Position numbers and translations under genes: made by a program. From assembly GCA_028700625.1 (NCBI GenBank), contig JAQVSI010000001.1, positions 7,570 to 71,569 of the forward strand: 64,000 bases of DNA, in the 5' to 3' direction. Of the stretch, positions 27,927 through 37,383 are shown in pieces. This DNA comes from Candidatus Shapirobacteria bacterium (GTDB lineage Bacteria > Patescibacteriota > Microgenomatia > UBA12405). The first letter of the stretch is position 1. Each line of letters begins with the position of its first letter. Below the pieces are notes generated by a model. That model was not told the DNA's origin. It did no database searches and saw nothing but the letters and a program-made list of their open reading frames with translations.

Positions 27927-28233
27927 TTTTGGTGTTAAGAATAAATGTTTTGATGCCAAGAAAGAATATGGTGGTTCTTGTAACGAAAGTTTGATTAGTC
28001 TTTTAGAAGATGAAAACAGAGGTTTTAGAGCTAGAAATTCAGCTATTTGGGCTTTAGGTCAATTGGGTAATCCAAATTCTTTACCAACTCTACAAAAATT
28101 TTATACTGGAAATATTCCCGACAGAGAACCATTAGATAAAACTATTAGTCAATATGAATTAAAAAAAGCCATCAACCTTACTAGCGGCGGCAAAAACATT
28201 ACGGCAATTTTTTGGAGATATAATCTAGATTAA
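27927..28233 (+). pseudogene. 5'-truncated HEAT-repeat protein
   Basis: RNSAIWALGQLG HEAT motif; frame open upstream (FGVKNKC..GGSC) with no ATG. Confidence 0.55.
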
Positions 28234-28367
28234 ATTAAAATTAATACCAACTCTATTCTTTTCTTCAAGTAGTATTTTAGTATTCATTCTAGTTTTCAGA
28301 TATTTTTCAGATTGATTTCTTAATATTGATTATTAACAATTAATTAATAACAGGGGGTGAGATTAAA

Positions 28368-28730
28368 ATGAATAAAAAAATAATGTTATTTGGAGGAATG
28401 GCTCTAGTTCTAGGAGGATTAAGCATATTACCTCAAACAATTTTTGCTTATCGAGGAGATACATCCGTCAAAGGTCCTAATTATACCGAAGAAAGACACG
28501 CAATTATGACCGAAGCCTTTAAAAAAAATGATTATAAATCATGGAAAGAACAAATGCAAGGTAAAGGTCGAGTAATTGAAGTTATTAACGAAGGTAATTT
28601 TTCTCGTTTTGCCCAAGCTCATAAATTAGCCGAAGAAGGTAAAATTGATGAAGCTAACAAAATTAGGCAAGAACTTGGACTTGGATTGGGTGGTAGTAAA
28701 GGCAATGGTTTCAACCGAAGAAACCAATAA
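28368..28730 (+). CDS. Secreted hypothetical protein
   Basis: Signal peptide; SD-like agggggtga upstream. Confidence 0.7.
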   Translation: MNKKIMLFGGMALVLGGLSILPQTIFAYRGDTSVKGPNYTEERHAIMTEAFKKNDYKSWKEQMQGKGRVIEVINEGNFSRFAQAHKLAEEGKIDEANKIRQELGLGLGGSKGNGFNRRNQ

Positions 28731-28737
28731 AAGTTAA

Positions 28738-28775
28738 AAACTAACTCTTGTATCTATAGCTACAAGAGTTAGTTT
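28738..28775 (+). terminator. Intrinsic terminator hairpin
   Basis: aaactaactcttgta / tacaagagttagttt perfect 15-bp inverted repeat. Confidence 0.75.
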
Positions 28776-28823
28776 GCTTTTGCTATAATTTATTGTAGTC
28801 ATAAAAAAGGGAGGTGATGTAAT

Positions 28824-29036
28824 GTGATAAATGAACTAAATAAAAAGATTAAAAATTTAGATACTTGGGATATGGCTTGTACTAAATTAGCAGTAATGTT
28901 TTTTGTTATGTTCTTATTTTCTGTTTTGCCAGCCTTTAGAGATTTTATTCAGTCAACTAATTATTGGATATTTTTCTTAGGTTGGGTAATTTTTGCCATA
29001 CGACCACTTAAAAGATTTTTTTATAAAAAAGTATAA
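28824..29036 (+). CDS. Small two-TM membrane protein
   Basis: 70 aa; strong SD gggaggtga before GTG. Confidence 0.7.
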   Translation: MINELNKKIKNLDTWDMACTKLAVMFFVMFLFSVLPAFRDFIQSTNYWIFFLGWVIFAIRPLKRFFYKKV

Positions 29037-29056
29037 GGATAAAAATCTAATTAGAT

Positions 29057-30443
29057 TTAACTTCCTTTTATTACAAAGTAGCTAAAAAGTCCAAAAAATA
29101 AAATTACTAGTAATAAAATTATTTTTCTCCACCAAGATGGTTTTAGTTCTTTGGCCAGAGTTTTTTGGTTTAACCATAAAACTGCGATGCTATAAATAAA
29201 CATTGTTATTGCATTTAAAAAAGCACTAATTACCACTAATTGTAGAGGTTCTTTAAAACCAACCAATAGAATTATTATTCCTAAAATTATTTGTGTCCAT
29301 AAAAAAGCAAAATAAAAATAAGGTAGTTTATTTGCTTTAAATTTCTTTTGATTTAAAATAATCAAATTTTCAGAGTTAATTCTACTAGTTGCATCCATTA
29401 CTGACAATTGAGTTGAAAACAACATCATGGCTACCAATATTAGAAAAAATGCCCCAATTGTCGGTGCTGTTGATATTGAAATACTTTGTGCTTCTTTAAA
29501 CAAAAAATTAATACCAGACACCCCATCGGTTTTATTGTAAACAGTACTAAAAGCCAATAAACTAAGCAAAATTATTGTTGTTGCTCCAGTAAGCCAAAAG
29601 ACTAATAAATGTTCTAGATTTATTTTTTTCCACCATTCTTTAAATATTTTTAAATTTTCTTTATTAATCGAGAAAGTTTTTCCTTCTAAACTAAATTTTT
29701 ACATTTTTTTTAAGTAAGCTAGTAATTTTTCCTCCATATTTACCCATTCCATATTCTTTTTCTCTTATATAAAAAGATTGAGCTAAGTTTAAATTCCCCC
29801 CGGCTCCAGAATAAGCAAATGCTCCCAGAAAAGTTATTAGAGGTAAAGCTGCTGGTATTAACCAAAAATCATTTCCCTTGCCTATTAATCCTTGAGCTAA
29901 ATTTTGCCAATCATTTCCTTTACTTAGATAAAATGTTAACAAAAATATAAAAGGTACGCCGATAAAAATTAAGAGTTTTTGAATTTTTTCCTGTGTTTTA
30001 TAAGCCACCTTACTTAAACTTAAAATTAGGCCTATGGTTATTAACATTAATATAGCTATTAAGTTAGTGTTTTTAAACCCAAAAATATTAGCTGTTAATA
30101 CTGCTGAAGATAAAATTATTCCTGGCCACATCCAAGGAATAATGGTCGATAAAATAAACCAAATGGGTGAAATAATTTTTAATTTTCTTGCCAAACCAAC
30201 AAACACACTTTCTCCAGTAACAAGAGTATATCTTTCAATTTCCATATTTATAAAAAATTGAAAAGTAATTCCAATTATTGCTGCCCAAACAATTCCTAAT
30301 CCAAAATTAGCCGCTAGATAAGGCCACATTATTAATTCTCCGCTACCCAAACCCATTCCCAATAAGACAAAACTTGGCCCAATCATTTTTTTTAAAATGG
30401 GAGATTTTGGTAATTTAGCTTTACCGATTTCACTAAGTATCAT
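29057..30443 (-). pseudogene. Frameshifted NRAMP/APC-like transporter
   Basis: GPSF..GLGSGELIMWP N-half and TM C-half join through a frameshift at ~29696-29700 (..FSLEGKT..EWWKKINLEH..). Confidence 0.75.
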
Positions 30444-30518
30444 ACAATATTTATATCAAAAAAAAGACATTACATATTTATTGGATTGATTAATCTTTAT
30501 AAAGTAAAATTATTAATA

Positions 30519-31085
30519 ATGACTCCTAATAATAATCATCTTTGGAAGTATAAAAACTTAATAATACTTTTCTTTGGTATTATTTTGGCTATTATTTTAT
30601 CTCAAGTAGAATCTTTTCATTCTTTTTTACTTCACCTAAACAACTTTGGTTATATTGGGGCCTTTATTGCCGGTATACTTTTTGTTTCCACTTTTACTGT
30701 TGCTACTAGTGCTTTAATTTTACTTACTCTTGCCGAAGTTTTATCCCCTATAGAAATTGCTCTAATTGCTGGTCTTGGTGCAGTAGTAGGTGATTTGTTA
30801 ATTTTTAATTTAATCAAAGATAATCTGTTTAATGAAATTAAGGAAATTTATAATAAAATTGACCAAAAAAACCATTTGAAAAAAATATTTTATTCCAAAT
30901 ATTTTAATTGGATGTTACCTGTTATCGGCGCCATTATCATTGCTTCACCACTTCCTGATGAAGTTGGTATTAGCCTAATGGGTTTATCAAAAATAAGTAC
31001 TCCTAAATTTATTTTTATTTCTTACATCTTAAATTCTATTGGCTTGTTTCTAATTATATCGGCATCAGTAGTTATTAAACCTTAA
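30519..31085 (+). CDS. Hypothetical membrane protein (DedA/VTT-like)
   Basis: Multiple TMs, GAVVGD, SPLPDE; start taken at MTPNN. Confidence 0.7.
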   Translation: MTPNNNHLWKYKNLIILFFGIILAIILSQVESFHSFLLHLNNFGYIGAFIAGILFVSTFTVATSALILLTLAEVLSPIEIALIAGLGAVVGDLLIFNLIKDNLFNEIKEIYNKIDQKNHLKKIFYSKYFNWMLPVIGAIIIASPLPDEVGISLMGLSKISTPKFIFISYILNSIGLFLIISASVVIKP

Positions 31086-31327
31086 TTTTAGACAAAACAA
31101 TTTCTGGTTTATTCCAAGACTGAAGTTTGTTTTGATATTTATTAATATTACGATTAAAACATTTTAGTAATTTGAATTACTAAGAAAGATAAACCGAAGT
31201 TACTGAATATTGAATCTTAAGGCTAATTCAAAAAAACCAATTATTTTTTAATTGAAGAAGTTTTAAGAGTATAATTAGATAATTATTTAATTAAGTTTAT
31301 TTTTAATATTTTAAAAATAAGGAAAAA

Positions 31328-31561
31328 ATGGTCACTAAAAAGAAAGAAAAAAACAGAGTTAATCCTTTTATTGCTGCCATAACAGGAGCTGTTATTGGAG
31401 CTGGTGTTGCTATTGCTAGTGTTATTTCTTTTAAAGACAAAAAGAATCGCGATAAAGTAAAAAAAGTTTTTATCGATGTTAAAGATAAAACTGAAACTTA
31501 TCTTAAACAAGCTGAAAATAAAGTAAAAAAGAAAAGAAAGGCCAAGAAAATAATTAAATAA
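31328..31561 (+). CDS. Small YtxH-like membrane protein
   Basis: GAVIGAGVA TM followed by a Lys-rich helix. Confidence 0.6.
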   Translation: MVTKKKEKNRVNPFIAAITGAVIGAGVAIASVISFKDKKNRDKVKKVFIDVKDKTETYLKQAENKVKKKRKAKKIIK

Positions 31562-31562
31562 T

Positions 31563-33026
31563 CTATCCTATTGCTACTATTTGTCTTAATTTAGGCAAAA
31601 ATATAGATGTATATTCAGCAAAGTCTTCTTTTTGAATTTCTCTTGATCCTGTCTCTCTAGCTGGTTCTCGTCCATGACCTAAAATAAAATTTTCTAATGA
31701 ATTTAAGTTAAATCTTTTGTAAAAATCGATTAATTCATGTCCACTAGCATGGCTACTATTACCATCAGCCCAAATTACTTCTGCAGTTTTTCTTTCTACT
31801 TTTCCATTTTCAATTTCTTTTATCATTTCTGCACCTCTAGTTCCTGGAACTTGAAAACAAGTAAGAATAAATGAATTATTAGGGTTTTGATTAAATTTAC
31901 CGCTTCTATAATTAACCGATCTCCCTCTAGTTACCATTCCACCACTAGCAAATACAATTGCTTTTTCTGAAGAATAAGCTAGATGTTCAACTAATAGTTT
32001 TGACTGTTCATGTGACTCAACTATAGTCAGATTTTTTATATTAAATCGACTCATACTATTTTCCTTAGTTTTATAAAAGCATGGATCATCACCATACCAA
32101 TTACTCATATAATCTGGACCTAAATCTTGATGAACTTTTAATACTTTTCTTGGCAACGGTGCATCCATGTAAAAATGATAATCAAGAAATTGACCCCTAC
32201 ATTCTTGATCATTGTGAAATATTTCCATTGTTGGTGCCAATCTGCCAGCTATAAGTGGCATCACCGAAACTCCACCTCTTTGTGCAGTTTTTGTTACTGC
32301 ATTAAATATATTAATCTCTCTTTCACTAAAAGAAACTGGATCTTTTTCGAAACAAGTTGATTCGGTTAATATCGTGTGAATTCTGCAGTCAGGGTATTTA
32401 CTGGAATATTCATTATAACCACCGCATGTCAATTGATTTGGTCTACCAATATCACCAGTAAATAAGGTATTTTTTTTAGTAACACCATCTTTAATTAATA
32501 CTGACACACTTCCGTTCATGTGGCCGTTTGGTATTAAAATAGCTGTTATTTTACCGTGACGACTTCCAATATCAATTTCTTCAAATGCTTCAATTATTTT
32601 CACTCGTTTTAAAATATCATTAACATCTTTCCTATTATAAAGTGGTTTTTTTTCCTTATCGCTTTCTTGAATTTTTACAGAGTCTTCCAACATTATTTTT
32701 GAAAGTTAAAATGTTTCTCTTGTAGTATAAACATTTGGAGTAAAACCATATTTAGCAATTAATGGAAATAATCCAATGTGATCAATATGGGCGTGAGTCA
32801 TAAAAAAATCTGATGTCCCTCGACAAATTTCACTTATATATTCAAGGTCTCTTAGTCTTCCTTTTTCAGATATTTCTTCAAATTTTCCTTGAAATTTCCC
32901 ATAATCAATTCCGATTTTATTATCTCCACGCTCGTAAATATGGCATGATCCAGTTACTAACCCTCCACTTCCGCCAAAAGATTCAACTGTGACATTATTT
33001 CTTTCGCAAGATTCTATTCTTTTCAT
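31563..33026 (-). pseudogene. MBL-fold beta-CASP ribonuclease with an internal stop
   Basis: VTGSC, THAHIDH, GH..GS, FTGDIG, ESTC, SSHA, GHG; single in-frame TAA at 32706-32708. Confidence 0.82.
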
Positions 33027-33174
33027 GATATTTTATTCAGTGTATCAATAACCTTATTAAATTATCTATAAGATAAATTTTACTTTTAACAATTTATCCC
33101 TAAAACAACATTTTATTTAAATTATTGTAATTAATTACAATTGGTGTCAAACTTAATTAGTTAAATTTAAAAAT

Positions 33175-33963
33175 ATGAAAAATAAAAATCTTTTTCTAAA
33201 AATCTTTGTTGCTGTTACTTATATAGGAATGGTTGTTGTTAATAGTTTGGCCAATATTATTCCTATTAATGGCGTAAAAACAGGACAAATTTCAGATTCA
33301 TATCAAAATTTATTTGCTCCATCTGGCTTAACTTTTTCTATTTGGAGTCTAATTTATTTTCTTCTTGCCGCCTATACTTTATATCAATTTGGACTTTTTC
33401 AAAAAAACAAAGGAATCAATAAAGATAAATTATTTAAAAAAATTGGAATTTATTTTTCTATCACTTCAATTACAAATATTTTTTGGATTTTTGCTTGGCA
33501 TTATAACTTTATTTTTATCTCAGTCTTGTTGATCGTCAATATTTTATTTTTCTTAATCAAAATTGCTGATATTTTAAACAAAGAAAAATTTTCTTTTAAA
33601 GAAAATTTATTTATAAAAACTCCCTTTAGTGTTTATTTTGGTTGGATAACTGTGGCCGTTATTGCTAATATAACCACTTTTTTAGTCAGTATAAACTGGG
33701 ACGGTTTTGGAATTTCTAATCAAATTTGGACTATTTTAATTCTTCTAATAGGAGCTGTTATTGGTATTTTAAGAATTTTAAAAGACAGAAATATTCCTTA
33801 TGGTCTAGTTTTAATTTGGGCCTACCTAGGCATTTTAATTAAACATAGTTCTCTCGATAAATTTGCCAATCGATATCCCAATATAATTGTTACTTTGATT
33901 ATTTGTATAGTTTTGTTTTCAGTTGCCGAATTCTCGATTTTATTCAACAAAAAAAGACTATAA
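33175..33963 (+). CDS. Tryptophan-rich sensory (TspO-like) membrane protein
   Basis: N.LAN..PING, F.PSGLTFSIW, YFGWITVA..AN. Confidence 0.75.
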   Translation: MKNKNLFLKIFVAVTYIGMVVVNSLANIIPINGVKTGQISDSYQNLFAPSGLTFSIWSLIYFLLAAYTLYQFGLFQKNKGINKDKLFKKIGIYFSITSITNIFWIFAWHYNFIFISVLLIVNILFFLIKIADILNKEKFSFKENLFIKTPFSVYFGWITVAVIANITTFLVSINWDGFGISNQIWTILILLIGAVIGILRILKDRNIPYGLVLIWAYLGILIKHSSLDKFANRYPNIIVTLIICIVLFSVAEFSILFNKKRL

Positions 33964-33998
33964 TTCTAATTAGTTTAACTTATTAATTACCAGATTGT

Positions 33999-34397
33999 AT
34001 GAATAATACTCAAAGTTGGTATCAAAGTCTAATAAAACCATTCTGGGCCCCTCCAAGTTGGTTATTTGGGCCTACTTGGACAGTTTTATATATATTGATA
34101 TTTATTTCTTTTGGTTACGTTTTTTCTTTATTTTTCAAAGGTAAACTAACTTTTTTAGTTTCATTACCATTTATATTAAATATTTTCTTTAATATTATTT
34201 TTTCCCCCATTCAATTTGGTTTAAAAGACAACTTTTTAGCTTCAATAGATATTATTTTAATTTTATCTACTCTAATTTGGGCCATGTTTTCCATTTTTCC
34301 TCACGCAAAGTGGGTTACTTTTATAAATATTCCTTATTTGCTTTGGGTTTCTTTTGCCACAGTTCTACAAATAACAGTAACTTATTTTAATTGGTAA
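33999..34397 (+). CDS. tspO: TspO/MBR family protein
   Basis: WYQSLIKP.WAPP.WLFGPTWT.LY, PYLLWVSFA. Confidence 0.92.
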   Translation: MNNTQSWYQSLIKPFWAPPSWLFGPTWTVLYILIFISFGYVFSLFFKGKLTFLVSLPFILNIFFNIIFSPIQFGLKDNFLASIDIILILSTLIWAMFSIFPHAKWVTFINIPYLLWVSFATVLQITVTYFNW

Positions 34398-34440
34398 TTT
34401 AATTTGAATTTATTGCTCCGATTTGTTAATATAACTGCTC

Positions 34441-34890
34441 ATGATCACAAAATTGGGCAAAGAAAATCTTGAAAAAGAAACAAAAAGCCTTCAAAAAGAA
34501 CTCGAAAGAACCTATAAACAGCGAAACGAAGCTGCTGCCGAAGGGGATTTAAAGGAAAATTCTGCCTATATCTTTATGGGTGAAAGAGCCGGAGTTCTTA
34601 GTTCTCAAATTTCTGAAGCCATGGACGACTTAAGGCAATCAATTGTTCAACCTGTTCCAACTCAATGTGAAACTATTTGTTTTGGCCACCAAGTTTCTGT
34701 TGTTTTTGAATCTGACAAAAAAAATTTAACTCTTACACTCGTTGGTAAAAATGATGCTCGTCTTAAAAAAGATTGGATTTCCATTAAAAGTCCAATAGGG
34801 GAAGCTCTTCTGGGTAAAAAGAAAAATGAGAAAGTTTTAGTCAATGATCAAATAATTACCATTAATGAAATTTCTGTTGGTGAAATTTAA
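34441..34890 (+). CDS. greA: GreA/GreB family transcription elongation factor
   Basis: GDLKENSAY, IS..SPIGEALLG. Confidence 0.88.
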   Translation: MITKLGKENLEKETKSLQKELERTYKQRNEAAAEGDLKENSAYIFMGERAGVLSSQISEAMDDLRQSIVQPVPTQCETICFGHQVSVVFESDKKNLTLTLVGKNDARLKKDWISIKSPIGEALLGKKKNEKVLVNDQIITINEISVGEI

Positions 34891-34899
34891 ATTAAAAAT

Positions 34900-35097
34900 A
34901 TGAGTAAAGAAAATTATAAAAAAGCTCATTATAAAAGAAATTGGATGCCAAACCTAGTCGGTCATCAGCAAAAAAAAACGACTCCCAGAGTTGTGGAAAA
35001 TATTGAAAAAAGAACAATTGAATTTAATCGACTTTTCTTTTCAGAGATTAAACCAGAAATCGAGGCTGCCAAAAGAAAAAATTTAGATCAATTATAA
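34900..35097 (+). CDS. Small hypothetical protein
   Basis: 65 aa ORF between greA and the terminator. Confidence 0.45.
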   Translation: MSKENYKKAHYKRNWMPNLVGHQQKKTTPRVVENIEKRTIEFNRLFFSEIKPEIEAAKRKNLDQL

Positions 35098-35117
35098 GAT
35101 TATCCTTTTATAACGCA

Positions 35118-35146
35118 AAAACAGGGTGTTTTTAGCACCCTGTTTT
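35118..35146. terminator. Bidirectional intrinsic terminator
   Basis: aaaacagggtg..caccctgtttt between convergent genes. Confidence 0.8.
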
Positions 35147-35166
35147 ATTGTTTTAAGAAACGAGAA

Positions 35167-35505
35167 TTAGTATCTGCTTCCGCCACTTCGTCCACCACCA
35201 AAACCACCGTGATCATTACCACCGCGTGAGAAATTATCTCTTCGTGGAGGTCGATCTTCCATTGGTCTGGCTTCGTTAACCTTAACGGCTCGGCCATCCA
35301 ATTCCTTATCATTCCACATTTCGATAGCAGCTTGAGCTTCCTCTTCGCTGTTCATTTCCACAAATCCAAAACCTTTGGATCTACCGGAAAATTTATCTTT
35401 AATAACAATAGCTGAAACAACAGTTCCAGCTTGGGCAAAAGATGCCCCTAAGGTCTCATCGGTAGTATTGAAACTCAATCCTCCGACATACAATTTTTTG
35501 ATCAT
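35167..35505 (-). CDS. RRM RNA-binding protein with Gly-rich tail
   Basis: LYVGGL (RNP2), KGFGFVEM (RNP1), VNEARP. Confidence 0.95.
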   Translation of the reverse strand: MIKKLYVGGLSFNTTDETLGASFAQAGTVVSAIVIKDKFSGRSKGFGFVEMNSEEEAQAAIEMWNDKELDGRAVKVNEARPMEDRPPRRDNFSRGGNDHGGFGGGRSGGSRY

Positions 35506-35578
35506 TGTCTAAAAAATATATAACTGTAGGATCTCTTTTCAAAACTATTCGGCTTGACAGAAACTTCTCTACGTTGAT

Positions 35579-35607
35579 ATTGTATCTAATTTGTCAACTA
35601 AAAGCAA
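35579..35607 (-). promoter_or_regulatory. Sigma70 promoter of the RRM gene (long leader)
   Basis: TTGCTT, 17 bp, TACAAT, about 75 nt before the ATG. Confidence 0.55.
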
Positions 35608-35639
35608 ATTAATTGACAGTCAACTGTTAAAATACAAAA

Positions 35640-36770
35640 ATGTTTCTAGATCAAAAAAACTATTATTATTCTCTTCCAGATTCTTTAATTGCCAACAAGC
35701 CTGAATCTAGGCGTGATCACTGTCGTCTTTTGTCTTTAAACAAAAAAAATGGCAGTATAAATCACCTTAATTTTTTTGATTTAAAAAAACTTTTAGGCCC
35801 CAATGATGTTTTGGTTTTAAACCAAAGTAAAGTTTTCCCAGCTCGTCTTTTTGGTAAAAAAATAACTGGTGGTAACTTTGAAATCTTGTTACTTCGCCAA
35901 ATCAATGTTTTTTCTTGGTTGGCTATTTCCAAACCCCGTCTAATTGTCGGTCAAAATTTAACTTTTGGTCATAAATTAGAAGCTCAAGTTTTAACAAGCG
36001 ATAAAGATACCGGTCAAATTGAGCTTAAATTTAATCAAAGTCATCAAATTTTTCTTCAAACTTTAGATAAAATTGGATACACTCCACTTCCACCCTATAT
36101 TTCTACCAAGGATTCGGAAAAAGAAATTAGAAAAGAATATCAAACCGTTTATGCTAAAGAATTAGGCTCAGCAGCAGCTCCTACTGCTGGTCTTCACTTC
36201 ACCAAAAAATTAATTTCTGATTTAAAAAAACAGGGAGTTCAAATAGAATATATCACTCTTCATGTTGGTCTTGGAACTTTTCAAAACCTTCGTCCAGAAA
36301 ATATTGCAACTAAAACTCTTCATCAAGAATTTTACGAGATAACTCCAGATACTGCTAATCGCCTTAATCTGGCCAAAAAACAAGGTAAAAGAATTATTGC
36401 TGTCGGCACCACTTCCATCCGCACCCTCGAATCTGCTGCTACATTAATTAATAATAATTTAGAAAATTCTGAATTTACCATTTTTGAAGGCCTTGAACGT
36501 GCGACGCACATTCACCAGCCAAAAAAATGTGTGAAGAGGAATTTTTATAAAATTAACTCTGGCAAAAGTTCAACTCAAATATTTATTTATCCTCCCTACA
36601 AATTCAAATTTGTCGATGCTCTTATTACTAATTTTCACCTTCCAGAATCTAGCCTTTTAATGTTGGTTTCTGCCTTTGCTTCAAAAAAATATGTCTTTAA
36701 GGCTTATCAAGAAGCTATTGAGAAACAATATCGTTTTTTTAGTTTTGGCGACGCCATGTTTATTTTTTAG
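35640..36770 (+). CDS. queA: SAM:tRNA ribosyltransferase-isomerase
   Basis: PLPPYI, YQTVYA, AAPTAGLHF, VGTTS.R.LES, TNFHLP, FFSFGDAM. Confidence 0.96.
   Translation: MFLDQKNYYYSLPDSLIANKPESRRDHCRLLSLNKKNGSINHLNFFDLKKLLGPNDVLVLNQSKVFPARLFGKKITGGNFEILLLRQINVFSWLAISKPRLIVGQNLTFGHKLEAQVLTSDKDTGQIELKFNQSHQIFLQTLDKIGYTPLPPYISTKDSEKEIRKEYQTVYAKELGSAAAPTAGLHFTKKLISDLKKQGVQIEYITLHVGLGTFQNLRPENIATKTLHQEFYEITPDTANRLNLAKKQGKRIIAVGTTSIRTLESAATLINNNLENSEFTIFEGLERATHIHQPKKCVKRNFYKINSGKSSTQIFIYPPYKFKFVDALITNFHLPESSLLMLVSAFASKKYVFKAYQEAIEKQYRFFSFGDAMFIF
36456..36554. mobile_element. Putative MITE-like 99-bp in-frame insertion in queA
   Basis: Imperfect terminal inverted repeats aatttagaaaattct / ggaatttttataaaatt, internal gcacatt/aatgtgt stem; 33 codons. 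Confidence 0.45.
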
Positions 36771-36785
36771 TTGTATAATAAAAAT

Positions 36786-37100
36786 ATGAAAGCGATGAAA
36801 GAATTTGTTGAATTTATTCGTTCTCAAGGTGTTGTTGGTCTAGCTGTCGGTTTTATCATGGGTGGTTCCATCACTAAATTTATTACTTCTTTTGTTAACG
36901 ACATAATCAATCCACTTGTTGGTATTTTAATTAGCAGAGCAGGTGATCTAAGTTCTAATTATTTTGTAATTGGTAATGCCAAAGTTATGTGGGGAAATTT
37001 TATTAGTAATTTTATCGATTTCATTATTATTGCTCTTATCGTTTATTTTGGAGTCAAGATTCTAGGTATTAATAAATTAGATAAAGAAAAGAAAAAATAA
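36786..37100 (+). CDS. mscL: Large-conductance mechanosensitive channel
   Basis: MKEFVEF..GVVGLAVGFIMG, DIINP, G.F....IDFIII. Confidence 0.9.
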   Translation: MKAMKEFVEFIRSQGVVGLAVGFIMGGSITKFITSFVNDIINPLVGILISRAGDLSSNYFVIGNAKVMWGNFISNFIDFIIIALIVYFGVKILGINKLDKEKKK

Positions 37101-37119
37101 GTGTTATACTCTGGCTATT

Positions 37120-37383
37120 ATGGGTAAAGAAATTTTAAGTAATATACCATTTATAAAAAAAATTTTAGACGATAGATGTATAAAAAAAATTTCAAAAAAA
37201 ACAGAATTAAGAGATAACAATAACTCTCTTTCTTTAAATGGAGATACTTTTTATAGAGATAATTCTAGATGGTTATGGATGAATAACGGAAACCCTTCAG
37301 GTGAATGTAGTCTAACTTCTAAAGAATTTGGAAAAATGTTAGACCAAATCGTTCAACGAAAAGTAACAAAAAAATCTAATTAG
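37120..37383 (+). CDS. Hypothetical protein
   Basis: 87 aa ORF. Confidence 0.5.
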   Translation: MGKEILSNIPFIKKILDDRCIKKISKKTELRDNNNSLSLNGDTFYRDNSRWLWMNNGNPSGECSLTSKEFGKMLDQIVQRKVTKKSN

